From Octopus vulgaris (taxonomy: Eukaryota): 64,000 nt of DNA. A program made the translations under genes and the position numbers. Location of the stretch: NCBI GenBank assembly GCA_951406725.2, contig OX597820.1, positions 101,060,001 through 101,124,000 on the forward strand, in the 5' to 3' direction. Of this stretch, positions 26,971 to 39,213 are shown piece by piece (within the stretch, counting starts at the first letter, position 1; each line of letters begins with the position of its first letter). Under the pieces are notes generated by a model, which was given only the letters and a program-made list of their open reading frames with translations, ran no database searches and was not told where the DNA came from.

Positions 26971-27150
26971 ATTCTATTGTGTCTGGGGAGAGCCATTCTC
27001 TTTTAGTGCCTTATAATTTAACACACTCACTGGTAAAATTTCCACTCATTTCCTTCTTTATTTTTCTAAAATTCTCATTGCATCTTGCAACCTTTTGTGT
27101 TAAATTAAAAGGCACTAAAAGAGAATGACTCTCTCCAGACACAACAGAAT
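26971..27150. repeat. 55-bp inverted repeat (51/55 identical) with 70-bp spacer, in a dispersed repeat
   Basis: Arms 26971-27025 and 27096-27150. A related single-arm copy lies near 2885-3010. Confidence 0.85.
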
Positions 27151-27692
27151 GCTGTATTAATGATTTTACAGATTTTACAAAGCTGTTTAATCCTTTTGTT
27201 ACCATATTTTATTTGAAATATGTTGCCTTTGTTTCAATTAATTTTGAAATTAATGAAGAATTATGAAAATAACTTTGTTTTTTAGTCTGCTTATGTTTGG
27301 AACATAAATTAACCTGATTTTTTTGGTGGGTGACTTTAAATTAAATCCTTTTTCAAAACAGGAAGCTTATCATCAAATCAGGAACATTCTCAGGGGGGTT
27401 GGTATCAAAAAGATCTTAAATTGAATGTAATATTGACTTCAAATTTTGGCACAAGGCCAGCAATTCCAGGGGTGGGGATAAGACATTTACATTCACCCTC
27501 AGTATTTGACTGGTACTTATTTTATTGGCTCTGAGAGGATGACGGGCAAAGTCAACCTCTGCAGGGTATGAAACCAGATCATAAAGATGGATGAAATATT
27601 GCTAAGCATTTTGCCTGGCATGCTAATGATTCTGTCAACTTGTTGCCCTAAATTGAATGTAATATAAAAAATATTTTTTTAATTGAAGACTT

Positions 27693-28095
27693 AGGTGCAG
27701 GAGTGGCTGTGTGGTAAGTAGCTTGCTTACCAACCACATGGTTCCAGGTTCAGTCCCATTGCGTGGCACCTTGGGCAAGTGTCTTCTTCTATAGCTTCAG
27801 GCCAACCAAAGCCTTGTGAGTGGATTTGGTAGATGGAAACTGAAAGAAGCCCATCGTATATATGTAGATGTATATATATGCGTGTATGTGTTTGTGTGTC
27901 TGTGATTGTCCCCCTAGCATTGCTTGACAACCGATGCTGGTGTGTTTATGTCCCCGTCACTTAGCGGTTCGGCAAAAGAGACCGATAGAATAAGTACTGG
28001 GCTTACAAAGAATAAGTCCCGGGGTCGAGTTGCTCGATTAAAGGCGGTGCTCCAGCATGGCCGCTGTCAAATGACTGAAACAAGTAAAAGAATAG
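27693..28095 (+). mobile_element. SINE family B, near full length
   Basis: High similarity to 13810-14215, 59205-59590 and 62281-62730. Confidence 0.85.
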
Positions 28096-28631
28096 AAAGA
28101 AAGAATTACATTTGTTTACTCTAGTAAAAATTTCATAAGTTAAAATCAGGGAAATAATCCAGTGTTGTTTCCTTGGTTACTGTTTTATTTTGTTTAGTCA
28201 GTTCTGTTTCTGTTATTTTTTTGTTGTTTTTTTTCCCCTTTTCAAATCTTCTTTTGTTTCTATTTTGAAAAATATTTCAACCTTTACTACATTTCTGAGA
28301 TTGATTATGAGTTTTATCTGTTGAATTTTTATTTAAACCTGCTGGTATCAGTTGCTGAGGAAGGTCAAATCTTACTGTGTCGAATTATGATGTAACTAAT
28401 TAATAATAATAATAATCCTTTCTACAATAGGCACAAGGCCTGAAATTTGGGGGAGGGGGATAGTCGATTACATTCACCCCAGTGTGTGACTGGTACTTAT
28501 TTCATCAACCCCAAAAGGATGAAAGGCAAAGTCGACCTTGGCGGAATTTGAACGCAGAACTTAGTGATGGGTGAAATACCGCTAAGCATTTCGTCCAGTG
28601 TGCTAATGATTCTGCCAGCTCACCCCCTTAA

Positions 28632-28673
28632 TTAATAATAATAATAATAGTAATAATAATAGTAATAATAATA

Positions 28674-28709
<36 letters not shown>

Positions 28710-28808
28710 GTAATAATAATAATAATAATAATAGTAATAATAATAATAGTAATAATAATAATAATAATAATAATAGTAATAATAATAGTAATAATAATAA
28801 TAATAATA

Positions 28809-28844
<36 letters not shown>

Positions 28845-28966
28845 GTAATAATAGTAATAATAATAATAGTAATAATAATAATAATAGTAATAATAATAAT
28901 AGTAATATAATAATAATAGTAATAATAATAATAATAGTAATAATAGTAATAATAATAGTAATAATA

Positions 28967-28997
<31 letters not shown>

Positions 28998-29023
28998 TAG
29001 TAATAATAATAATAATAATAATA
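28632..29023. repeat. (AAT)n with AGT interruptions
   Basis: Read directly. A second tract lies at 29482-29658. Confidence 0.95.
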
Positions 29024-29481
29024 GGGCTACAGCAAATATTCTGCTCAATACCACAGATTTGCTTGTCAGTTGTTTGACCTTAACCAGTTGAGCATGTCCC
29101 TTAGTGGCTGACAATACGTGCATCTCTGATCACGAGCAGAAGTAGTGGGGGAGCATCATAGCCATGTGTTGAGAGGGATTCTTTGGAGTTTGAATAATTC
29201 ACCTCTGGAAACATAGGTGTTTCGTTCAACATCCTAAAGCAACCCTTATTCAGGGACCTTTTGAGCAGGATGGGCTACTCGACCTGAAGAAAATTCTAAC
29301 TGGGCCCCACCTGCAAGGTCATGTGCTGTTTATCTTGATATGAGATCACCATGTCGCGCACATATGGTTGTGATGCATGTGCCTGGTGTACCTTTATCAG
29401 ACGGGTAGTCATGATGGGTATGCTGGGCTTCGTATATTTTACTCCAGTGTCACTTTGATGGCATGCACTGCTCTCTCACTC
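29024..29481 (+). mobile_element. About 460-bp element embedded in (AAT)n
   Basis: Complex, GC-richer segment bounded exactly by AAT arrays on both sides. Confidence 0.5.
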
Positions 29482-29617
29482 AATAATAATAATAATAGTA
29501 ATAATAATAATAATAATAGTAATCATAGTAGTAATAATAATAATAATAATAATAATAATAGTAATAATAATAATAGTAATAATAGTAATAATAATAATAA
29601 TAATAGTAATAATAGTA

Positions 29618-29659
<42 letters not shown>

Positions 29660-31169
29660 GTTTCAAATTTTGGCATAAGACCAGCAATTTCAAGAGCAGG
29701 GGCATGTTGATTATTTCAACCCTAGTGCTCAAAAGGATGATCAACTAAGTTGACCTTGGTGGAATTTGAATTCAGAATGTATGGATAGATGAAATGTCAC
29801 TAAGAATTTTACCTGACATGCTAATGATTCTGCCAGCTCATCATCTTAATCATAATAAGAATATTAATAATGGCTCTTTTTATTTCCTACTTCGGTAAGG
29901 GATGAGGGGGACAGTTACAAAAACTTAAAATACTGGGTTTTCATTGAGAATTGAACGAAGGTGAAGAAAGGGATGAAACAGAAATGGACATGGTATTGAA
30001 ATAATGAATGATAGTCATTCTTTCTCCTATAGGCTTAAGACCTGAAATTTGGGGAGAGAGGGTTAGATAGGGTTAGTTGATTATATCGGCCCCAGTACTC
30101 AACTGATACTTTATCAACCCTGAAAGGATGAATGACAAAGTCAACCTTGGCAGAAGAAATTATACTAAGTATTTTGTTCAGTATGGTAACAATTCTGCCA
30201 ACTCACTATCTTAATGAATGACAATAACAATGCCGTTATTGCCAAGTATAATGATGACCATCACCACCTTCTGATGCAAGAAGACTTCCAGCTAAAGTCA
30301 ATCAAGGAACTCTACAGATTCAAGATCAACTTGAGCACCAAGGACAAATTTTCCCAGTTGTTCTTTTGTCAATACATGTATGCTCAAAGCAGTCCGGTTC
30401 ACATTCACCATTTTTGTTGCTTTCACCCATCTTTCAATAAATTCACTTTAGGACTACACTGCCCTCTCCATCTGACAATGATGATGGCTTTATTGGCAGC
30501 ATTGTCATCATCTCTGAAATCTCAAGAGGATTATATAAGCCAGCCTTTAACTCTTTAGTTCCATGGTGTTAATTATACGAGAGATAAGTTGTCTTTGTGA
30601 ATAAAATAATAATCTCTCATTGAAAATAGTCCCAGAATAATGAACATTGAATCTGAAAAGTTAACTCTTAAGCATTTAAACCAGTCATTTCCTGCCCAGA
30701 TATTTTACCTGCTTTATGTTCAAACCGACCAGATCCAACCTCTCATACCTACCCTACACTGTCATTCTAAAAATAAACAATCATCTCATTGAAATCCCAA
30801 AGGCACAGGATGATAAATAATTAATTCAAAACAATGTGAATAAGCATAACATTTGACAGAGTAGTCTGAATGCTAAGCTCTACTTGAAGCATTAAAAACA
30901 TTAGGTATTTCTACAACTCATGTCAACCTTTTTTTCATTGCTAGTGTACACCCCTATTAGTCTCCCCAAATTCTCATAATTATACTGAATAAGCTGTGTC
31001 TAATTAAATATTCTGCTCAAATATGTGAGGAAATATTTGTAGTAAATTTGAATTAAAGGTCTATGAGGCAATATTCCTATGCCTTAAGCACTCATCTATT
31101 TTACTTCTACTAGCCTTACTTATTTTGGACTATGGCTATTATTAAAGACTTAATAATTTCTTTTCTTAG

Positions 31170-31332
31170 GTTTGGAATGATTTCATTAACCAATCAGAAG
31201 AAGAGCAGCAAAAAATCTTGCAAAAATCTAACAGTCGTAATTCACGCTACCAAAGAAGTAAGTCCGACCAGATTTTAAAAGACAAAGATTTGAATCAAGA
31301 GAATTGGGAAATTGTTCCTGATATGAGAGCTG
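31170..31332 (+). CDS. R3HDM4: R3HDM4 exon 4 (VWNDFINQSEEEQQKIL...PDMRA)
   Basis: TTTTCTTAG acceptor and GTATGT donor. WNDFxNxSxEEQ motif characteristic of R3HDM4. Confidence 0.93.
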
Positions 31333-32544
31333 GTATGTATTAATTTAATTGATATATTGTTATAACACTCTATAAAAAAAAAACTGTTTTTGATTCAGTA
31401 ACAAACTACAAGACTTTCTCTAACGACCCACTTCTTTACAATTCTTTGATTATTGTTTGGCTGAGTCCCGTCTCTTCTATCACAATTACTCCAGCCTCCC
31501 CTCTTCCAACCTAGTTCATTGTATATCTCTTTCATCTAAATTCACGCATCTCAACTGTCTGCCTTCCTCCCATCATTTCTTGTGCATCTTAGAATTTTTA
31601 TTTATTTATTGAAGATCATATCTCACAAGATTACATTATTTAGCAACAAACACCATTTATGAGACAATGTGGGTGCTGTTTTCAGTACATTTGCCTGACC
31701 TGCTAGAAATAGCAGCCAAATCTTCACATCACACTAATTCAGAAGAGAACAACACATTCAATAACATACTCCTATGCCTTTAAAAACAAGAAAAGATGGG
31801 ATGGTCAAGGCTGGAATGCCTTAGATCATGACTCTGCTCAGTCAGGACTTACCTGAGGCTAAACTACAAGAACAAACATCATTTTAAGATACAAAATCTG
31901 TTGTCGTCATCATTTTGACACCCACTTTTTCATGATATTTCTATGACATCTATTGGTACAATAAGCTCAAGTTCTCTGCAGCCAGTTTCAGTGAAGCAAC
32001 ACTTCTCAACACTGACTGAGTTTGTACAATCTCTATAAAATGTTCTCTCCACCAGAATCTTCAGTTATTTATAAATTGGCTGGATACAGAGATAGCATGT
32101 TCTAATTACCATACTACATTAACCAGTACGTAGTTCTTTAACTTCCTGGAAACAGCAGTTACTTCTCTCTCAATTCACATGCTGCTGTCTTATTATCTTA
32201 TATTGTCCCTTGTGTATATCATGGACAATGTAGTTGTTGTTATACAAAAAGACTGGATGGTCATGACTGGAATACCTTTGGTCATAAATTTGCTCAATCA
32301 GGAGTGACTTGGAGTTAAACCACAAAAACAGCAGCCACATTGCTCTTGATGTTACCAAAACAATATGGGCATGCCACTCATGGTATGTTCTTACACCTGC
32401 CTGAAGTATAGATCATGCAAGATAAGACTTACTCCTTTGGGTTTGATTGACTACCTTCATACTGTATGTGTTCTAGCAGAAGTCTTCAATGGTGCCAGAA
32501 CAAATCTTGCTTTCCACTCTATTAATGAGTCTATAAAGAAAATA

Positions 32545-32749
32545 TTAGGTTGGCGCATAATTACTGCAGCTTTTTTTTCAATAAATTTTACTCAACAAAA
32601 ACAATAACAACATTTAACAAAAACATCTTTAAATGATTATTCTGGAGCATATTCACCATCTACTTGAATTTCTGCTTGGTGTTTTGTTTAAATTTTTTGT
32701 TGAATAAAATTTATTGAAAAAAAGCCACAATAATTATGTATCAACCTAA
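32545..32749. mobile_element. Tc1/mariner-type MITE
   Basis: TA-TTAGGTTGGCGCATAATTA ... TAATTATGTATCAACCTAA-TA. Confidence 0.8.
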
Positions 32750-34223
32750 TAATATACTGTTGAGTTTTTTGTTTATTTGTTTTGTTAGCTCCATTTCTGG
32801 AGCTATGTAAAAAGACACTTACCCAAGGTTCTGTATAGCTGAATTGAACCTAGACCCATGTTGTTGCTATGCAGACTTCTTAACCTCACCACCATATGTG
32901 TGGTCATATAATAAATATATCTAGCTATATTTTAAAGAGAGAATAGGCAGTGAGCTGGCAAAATCGTTAGCATGCCATCAAAAATTCTTAGCGGCTGTTC
33001 GCCTGTCTTTATGTTCTGAGTTCAAATTCCGCAGAAGTCAACTTTGCCTTTCATCCTTTGAGTCAATAAAATAAGTACCAATTGAGCACTGGGGTCATTC
33101 AACTTACACCTTCCCCCAAAATTGCTGGCCTTGTACCAAAATTTGAAACCCATGTTTTAAAGAGAAAACGCTAACAAAACATTTACTATTATAGCATCAG
33201 TATTATTATTTTTTCTCTGTTCTCCATGTAAAATAGTTAGGTGCTACAGAGATTATTTTGTCATCATTGCTCTTGTTTAATTTACTGTGCACTTTTCATA
33301 TTGATATGAGTTGAGCTGGTCTGTAGTTGAGCTGATATTGTCTGTATAGCATAGCTTTTAACTGGTATTATTCACCTGGTGACTGAGTATCTTCTTTGGT
33401 CATGTGTCTCTAGTCTTCACCATCTGATGATCTATTGAAGAAATTTCATAACTCTGGCAAGTCATTTCAGATTGCTTTGAGTCAGGTAGTTAAGTAATTG
33501 GGCTACTTTAAGTTATTTTGCATTTTCTGTATAAAATAACTTCCATAAATTTCACCTTTTGTTTTGAAACTTTGCTTCCCAATGCACTGAGCAGTGCAGG
33601 AAGACCTAAAAATAGTTTTAACATGACCAAAGACAGGCATCATCCATCTGGTAGCTGAGTACCTTCTTTGGACACTTGCCTCTAGTTTTTCACTATCTGA
33701 TAATCTAATAGAGTATTTTTTTTAAAGCTCTGGCAAGTCATTTCTGGTTGAGTACTTGGTAGAATAGATAATTTCTGATCACAGCTCTCTTATTTTGAAT
33801 GAGATAGTTTCTATGATTGGCATTAAGACCAGTATTTTTGCTAATAACCATGTGAGTAAGAGAGGAATTTAATGAGACCTTTGGCAATATACTATGTTTG
33901 AGAAGACTTGTCAAGCCAAATAAGATTGTGGTCATGGCTGACACTGGTGTTACATAACTGGTACATTTGCCGGTGGAACATAAAAAAACCCACCTGCTAC
34001 ACTCTTGGAGTGGTTGGTGTTAGGAAGGAGATCCAGCTGTAGAAACTATACCAAATCAGAATGGAACCTGGTGCAGCTCCCTGGCTTAACAGTTTCCAGT
34101 CAAACTGTCCAACCCATGCCAGCATGGAAAACGGACGTTAAATGAGGATGATGATGATGATTTGTCTTGAGTACATTCTCTATGTCCTGTTGTCGTTAAT
34201 AATTCTATTTCTTTTTCATTTAG

Positions 34224-34309
34224 CCCATCCAGCACATACTGCCGAACAGTGTTTTCAAAAACTTGATCGGAACATCAGAGCAACCTTGAAGCGACGTCAT
34301 TTCCCTCAA
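34224..34309 (+). CDS. R3HDM4: R3HDM4 exon 5 (AHPAHTAEQCFQKLDRNIRATLKRRHFPQ)
   Basis: TTCATTTAG acceptor and GTAAGC donor. PAxTxxxCFQ and RAxLKR motifs. Confidence 0.93.
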
Positions 34310-34851
34310 GTAAGCCAGTTCATACTTTCCTTATATTTTTCATAACCAGAAGTGCCCCCTAATAGTAAAATTATCTTACTTGTATTGATTCCTTTATACC
34401 GTTAAGTCTTTCCTCTGGGTTTTCAGACTTCAATCTTATGTCTCTATTTTATCTCCAAGTAAATGTTAAAAGTTATCAAAATATCAAATTTAATTATTAA
34501 CCTTAATTTTTTGGAAATTTTATGTTAAAAATTTAAGTTTATTACAAAACACATTACTCATTGTTGACAAATTTATCTTCTCAGGCATTTTTTTTATGTG
34601 TTTGCACACAAAGATACAAATACACATAAGGATGGTGAAAAAGTGTAACTGAATAATAGAAAAGCTCAAATACAATGATTTTGTTTTTGTTTTAACTTAG
34701 GGATTATATTGCTTAAGAAAAAATCCTTACCTGTTAAAAACTGAGAAGGGAATTAATACATGAAGAAACATATAGGTGCAGGCATGGTTATATGATTAAG
34801 AAGTTTGCTTCCCAACCACATGATTTGGGGATTGGACCCAAAACCATGAGT

Positions 34852-34883
<32 letters not shown>

Positions 34884-35505
34884 CTAACATAGTCCAACAC
34901 CAGATTGGATATTTTATTGATTCTATTTTGAACTTAAATGTTGCCATAGTGGAAATATCTTTTTATTTCCTTGGATCAATAAAATAAATAGCTGAAAGGT
35001 ACCCAATTCAGTTAAATTTATTATGTAGCTGTCTCCCTTTTACACAGATTGAACTTGTTTCTAATGAAATGAATGTTAATCTTTTGTCATATTAACTGCT
35101 ACAATTATTATAACAGTGTAAAATATTATATAAGAACACATTGAAATTTTTATTGTTTTGGAATGATAAATCCCAAAGCAGATAAAACTGTAAACAATAG
35201 TGTGCAAGTATTGGTTTTGAAAACCATTTGGCAAAAAAAAAAAAAACAATCAAAAAAGCTTGTCTCATGGGCAGCCTTTGACTTTTTCTATCAAAAATGC
35301 TTTTAACCCAATATTTACATGCTTCTTGTTTGCTTCAAGAGTCACTATTCCAAACAAAAAGTATTTCATTTTCACAAAGTTTGTATATTCTTATGATGTC
35401 AACAATTAAAATTCTTGGCTTTTCTTTTCTTGTGCATTTCTTCATACAATTTTCCAAAATGCCAAAAAGCATGGTAAAATTATGATTTTACTCTTTCTGT
35501 TTTAG

Positions 35506-35685
<180 letters not shown>

Positions 35686-35687
35686 TA

Positions 35688-36005
35688 AGGCATGTGGCTT
35701 AGTGGTTAAGGTATTCAGCTCACAATCGTAAGGTCATGAGTTCGATTTCTGGCAGGGCATTGTGTCCTTGAGCAAGACACTTTATTTCACATTTCTCCAG
35801 TCCACTCAGCTGGCAAAAATGAGTTGTACCTCTAATTCAAAGGGCCAGCCTTGTCACATTCTGTGTCACTCTGAATCTCCCTGAGAACTATGTTAAGGGT
35901 ACACATGTCTGTGGAGTACTCAGCCATTTGTACATAAATTTCACAAGTAGATCATTCTATTGATCAGATCAACTGGAACCGATGTCATCGTAATCAATAG
36001 AGTCC
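35688..36005 (+). mobile_element. tRNA-headed SINE sharing its 3' half with family C
   Basis: Different head (GGCATGTGGCTTAGTGGTTAAGG) joined to the CAAAGGGCCAGCCTTGTCAC tail. Confidence 0.75.
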
Positions 36006-36480
36006 CTTTTTAATGAGTAATTTAATGCAGTTTGAACTTATAGACCCAATTTAAGGCAGTACGAATGCCAGATGCTAGCATGGCTGTGTGGTTAAGAAGT
36101 TTGCCTCCCAATGACATGGTTTCATGTTCAGTCCCACTGTGTAGAACCTTGGATGTCTTCTACTTTAGCCCCAGTCTGATCATTGGTAGACAGAAACTGA
36201 AAGAAACTTGTTGTATGAGCAGCCAATACTCTTTGTAAAGTGGTTGGCATTAAGAAGGGCATCAAGCTGTAGAGACCATGCCAAAACAGACATTAAACTC
36301 AGACTCTGTCAAACCATGCAACCTGTGCCAGCGTAAACACAAATGCTAAACGATGTTGATGATGCTGAATATATATTTTGTCTCACAAGTTACCTGGTGA
36401 CCTTGCTTTTGCTGGTGCCATGTAAAAAGCACCCAGTCAAAACTGTAAAATGGTTGGCGTTAGGAAGAGCACCCAGCTTT

Positions 36481-36898
36481 TGTCTTATGAAGAAAGACTG
36501 AAGACGCTCGACCTTTATTCTCTAGAAAAACGATGACGCCATGGTGATCTCATTCTTGCTCACAACATCATAAGCGGAAAGTGTAACCTCTCGAAAGAGC
36601 TGTTCTTCACTCCTGTTCCAGAGCGTCGGCTGTGGGGTCACTCCGAAAAGCTCTATCTGCGACGATTTCATCTCAATTGAAGGAGAGGGGCTTTCTCCGT
36701 CCAGGTTGCGGATCCGTGGAATAAGCTGCCAGATGAGATAGTGAAGATGCCGACAACCGCTCAGTTCAAAGTCTCTCTTGACCAGAAATGGCCTGAACTC
36801 TTTGCATGAACACCCTCCCTGTACATAACTCCATGTCCCCCTACATGGCCTTGCTTTTTGCATTTTGAGCCAAAAAATTAACTTAACTTAACTTAACT
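36481..36898 (+). mobile_element. CR1-type LINE 3' fragment with (AACTT)n tail
   Basis: Translates SYEERLKTLDLYSLEKR*RHGDLI...RGAFSVQVADPWNKLP. Confidence 0.85.
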
Positions 36899-37085
36899 GT
36901 GCCAAAGCAGACCTTGCCAGTATGCTGATGCCATGTGAAAAGTATTCAGTCTACTTTGTAAAGTAATTGCTGTTGGGAAGAGCATTCCACTGTAAAAACC
37001 CATGCCAAAGTAGATAGTGGAACTTGGGTGCAGCCCTCTGGTTTACCAGCTCCTGCAAAACTGTCCAATCCAAAGATAAATATTA

Positions 37086-37118
<33 letters not shown>

Positions 37119-37652
37119 GGCAGTGGCGGTGGCAGTATCCAATCCAAAGATGAAAGTTTGATGTGGATAGATGGATATATATATATAGCAAATTCAATTT
37201 AGAAATTGTAACAGCTGTGTTTACAAATGCTGTTGGAAGTGTCCATCCAGATAAGTCAAGGTCATTTATAAACCATGTAATCAGTGACAAGTCAGATACA
37301 AGCTGTCCAGCAGATTATAGAATTCTCGGAGATGAAAGCTAAGCTACTTAAGCATGTTATGTTACTTTTTTGTGTATGTATTTAGAAAAAAATGTGTCAA
37401 GATAGATTTCTATGAAATATGTAGAAATTTAGTAATCTTGGTAAAAAGTATTGGAATTATGAGTGATTTTTAAAAGCTTAAAATTGTAGTTTAGAAATTG
37501 TAAAAGGATAGTTTAGAAATACTATTGGAAGTGTGTAGTCAATGAGCAACCACATTTTATCGCTCTCATCCCATCCTCTGCTTACATAGTGGAGGCAACT
37601 TAGTTCTCCTGGCTGTACTCAAGAAGACCCGTAAGATGAATCCTGCTGGTGG

Positions 37653-37903
37653 TGTAAAGCACTCATGGCGGTTCCACTTAAAAGCACCTCTGTGGTGCCT
37701 TGTAAAAGTGCCTGTGCAGCATCATGTAAAAGCGACCATGTGGTGCCATGTAAAAGCACCTGTGCAGTGCCACGGGAAAGCACCCATGTGGTGTCGCATT
37801 ACAGCGTTTGTGCAGTGCTATGTAAAAGTGCCTGTGCAGTGTCACATATAAGTGTCCATGCAGTGCCACGTACAAGTGCCTGTGCAATGCCATGTAAAAG
37901 CAC
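37653..37903 (+). repeat. About 10 degenerate 24-bp tandem units in an RTE 3' UTR remnant
   Basis: Consensus approximately TGCCATGTAAAAGCACCTGTGCAG. Confidence 0.85.
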
Positions 37904-38667
37904 CCAGCACACTCTGTAAAGTGGTTAGCATTAGAAAGGGCATCCAGCTGTAGAAACTATGCCAAATCAGACTGGAGCCTGGTGCAGCTCTCCAGCTTGC
38001 CAGCTCTGGTCAAACTGTCCAACCCATGCCAGCATGGACAATGGATGTTAAATGATGATGATGATGATAATGCAAATCCAAAGACTCATTGAGCATAGCT
38101 CTCCTAAAGTGACAGTTACTCCAAATGAGAGCATCAAGCTGTGAAAGTATACCAAAAATGAGGAAAACTGAACTCTGTATATTGTAGCACATAGAATTAC
38201 TTTAGGAGTGCAGTTACTCTGAGTAAAAACCAATTCAGAGTGGAAGGTACTGTTTAGTCTTGCCACAGACACACTCTATGGTGCTGGAGACACAATAAAA
38301 TGCACCCAGTACATACTGAAAAGTGCCTGCTCATATGAAGGGAATAGAGCCATGGATACTGTGCCAAAAATGGAACATTTATCTGAGATGAACTCTACAA
38401 ATCTCATCGTATGCGACCCATCTAGGGGGAATATTTCCAAATAGAAACAGGTGCAGGATGGAATCTCTAGTAAAAAGGGAATTTATGAGAGTGGAAACTT
38501 CACAGACTGTAATTCTCTAAGTAGATATAGATCAGAAATCAAACAATTATGTAAAAAAAAAAGAAAAAAAAAAAAGAAGAAACAAGAAAGAAAAAAACAT
38601 TTGATTTATATCTAATTAAAATTTTGCTTTTTACTTGATAATCTATTTTTTACCATTTAAAATCTAG

Positions 38668-38771
38668 GTTTCGAAGAAGAAGGCATCAGGAGAATTGAAG
38701 TGGAAAATTCCAAGGACTACTTCAGGCCTCCAAATGTTCTACTGAGCCAGTATATTCAGAAAAACCAGTGA
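38668..38771 (+). CDS. R3HDM4: R3HDM4 exon 7 (SFEEEGIRRIEVENSKDYFRPPNVLLSQYIQKNQ*)
   Basis: TCTAG acceptor, phase 1, TGA at 38769-38771. FxPPxxLLSxY C-terminal motif. Confidence 0.93.
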
Positions 38772-39155
38772 TTCTAGAAGCATCATCTTTTATTTTGAAG
38801 ATAGATAGATAAACAGAAACTCAGCTAGTTGCCTTTTTCCAATCTATGTTTTACCATCTTTCTACTAACTTCTCTTTAATATGAGTCTTTATTTTTTTTA
38901 TTTATCCCATTGCTTATATTGGGAAATAAGGAGTATTTTATTACTAATTATTTTTAATTTGTATCAATAATTATCTCCAAATATTAATTTTTAAAAATTT
39001 TGATTGACAGCTTTCAAACTTTCAAAAACATTTATAAAAAATGTTGTGAGATTTTTATAGTAAAACCTGGCTGTATGCCAGTTTTTTTTTATTTATGGAA
39101 AGTTTTATTTCTATTCTCTATTTCCTAAACCAATTCTCTTTCACTTTTATATTCT

Positions 39156-39213
39156 AATAAAAAATATTTTAACATAACTTATAATAAAATCAACTGAATT
39201 TGTTGCTGTTGTT
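39156..39213 (+). terminator. Candidate proximal polyadenylation signals
   Basis: AATAAA at 39156 and 39183, followed by the GT-rich TTTGTTGCTGTTGTTT. The AT-rich background weakens the call. Confidence 0.4.

Noticed and set aside
28632-29748. Poly-L, poly-Y, poly-N and poly-I ORFs
   Set aside because: Translations of (AAT)n tracts
37636-37919. Cys/His-rich repeat ORFs resembling metallothionein or keratin-associated proteins
   Set aside because: Produced by a 24-bp minisatellite inside an RTE tail in intron 6; open in several frames with no gene structure
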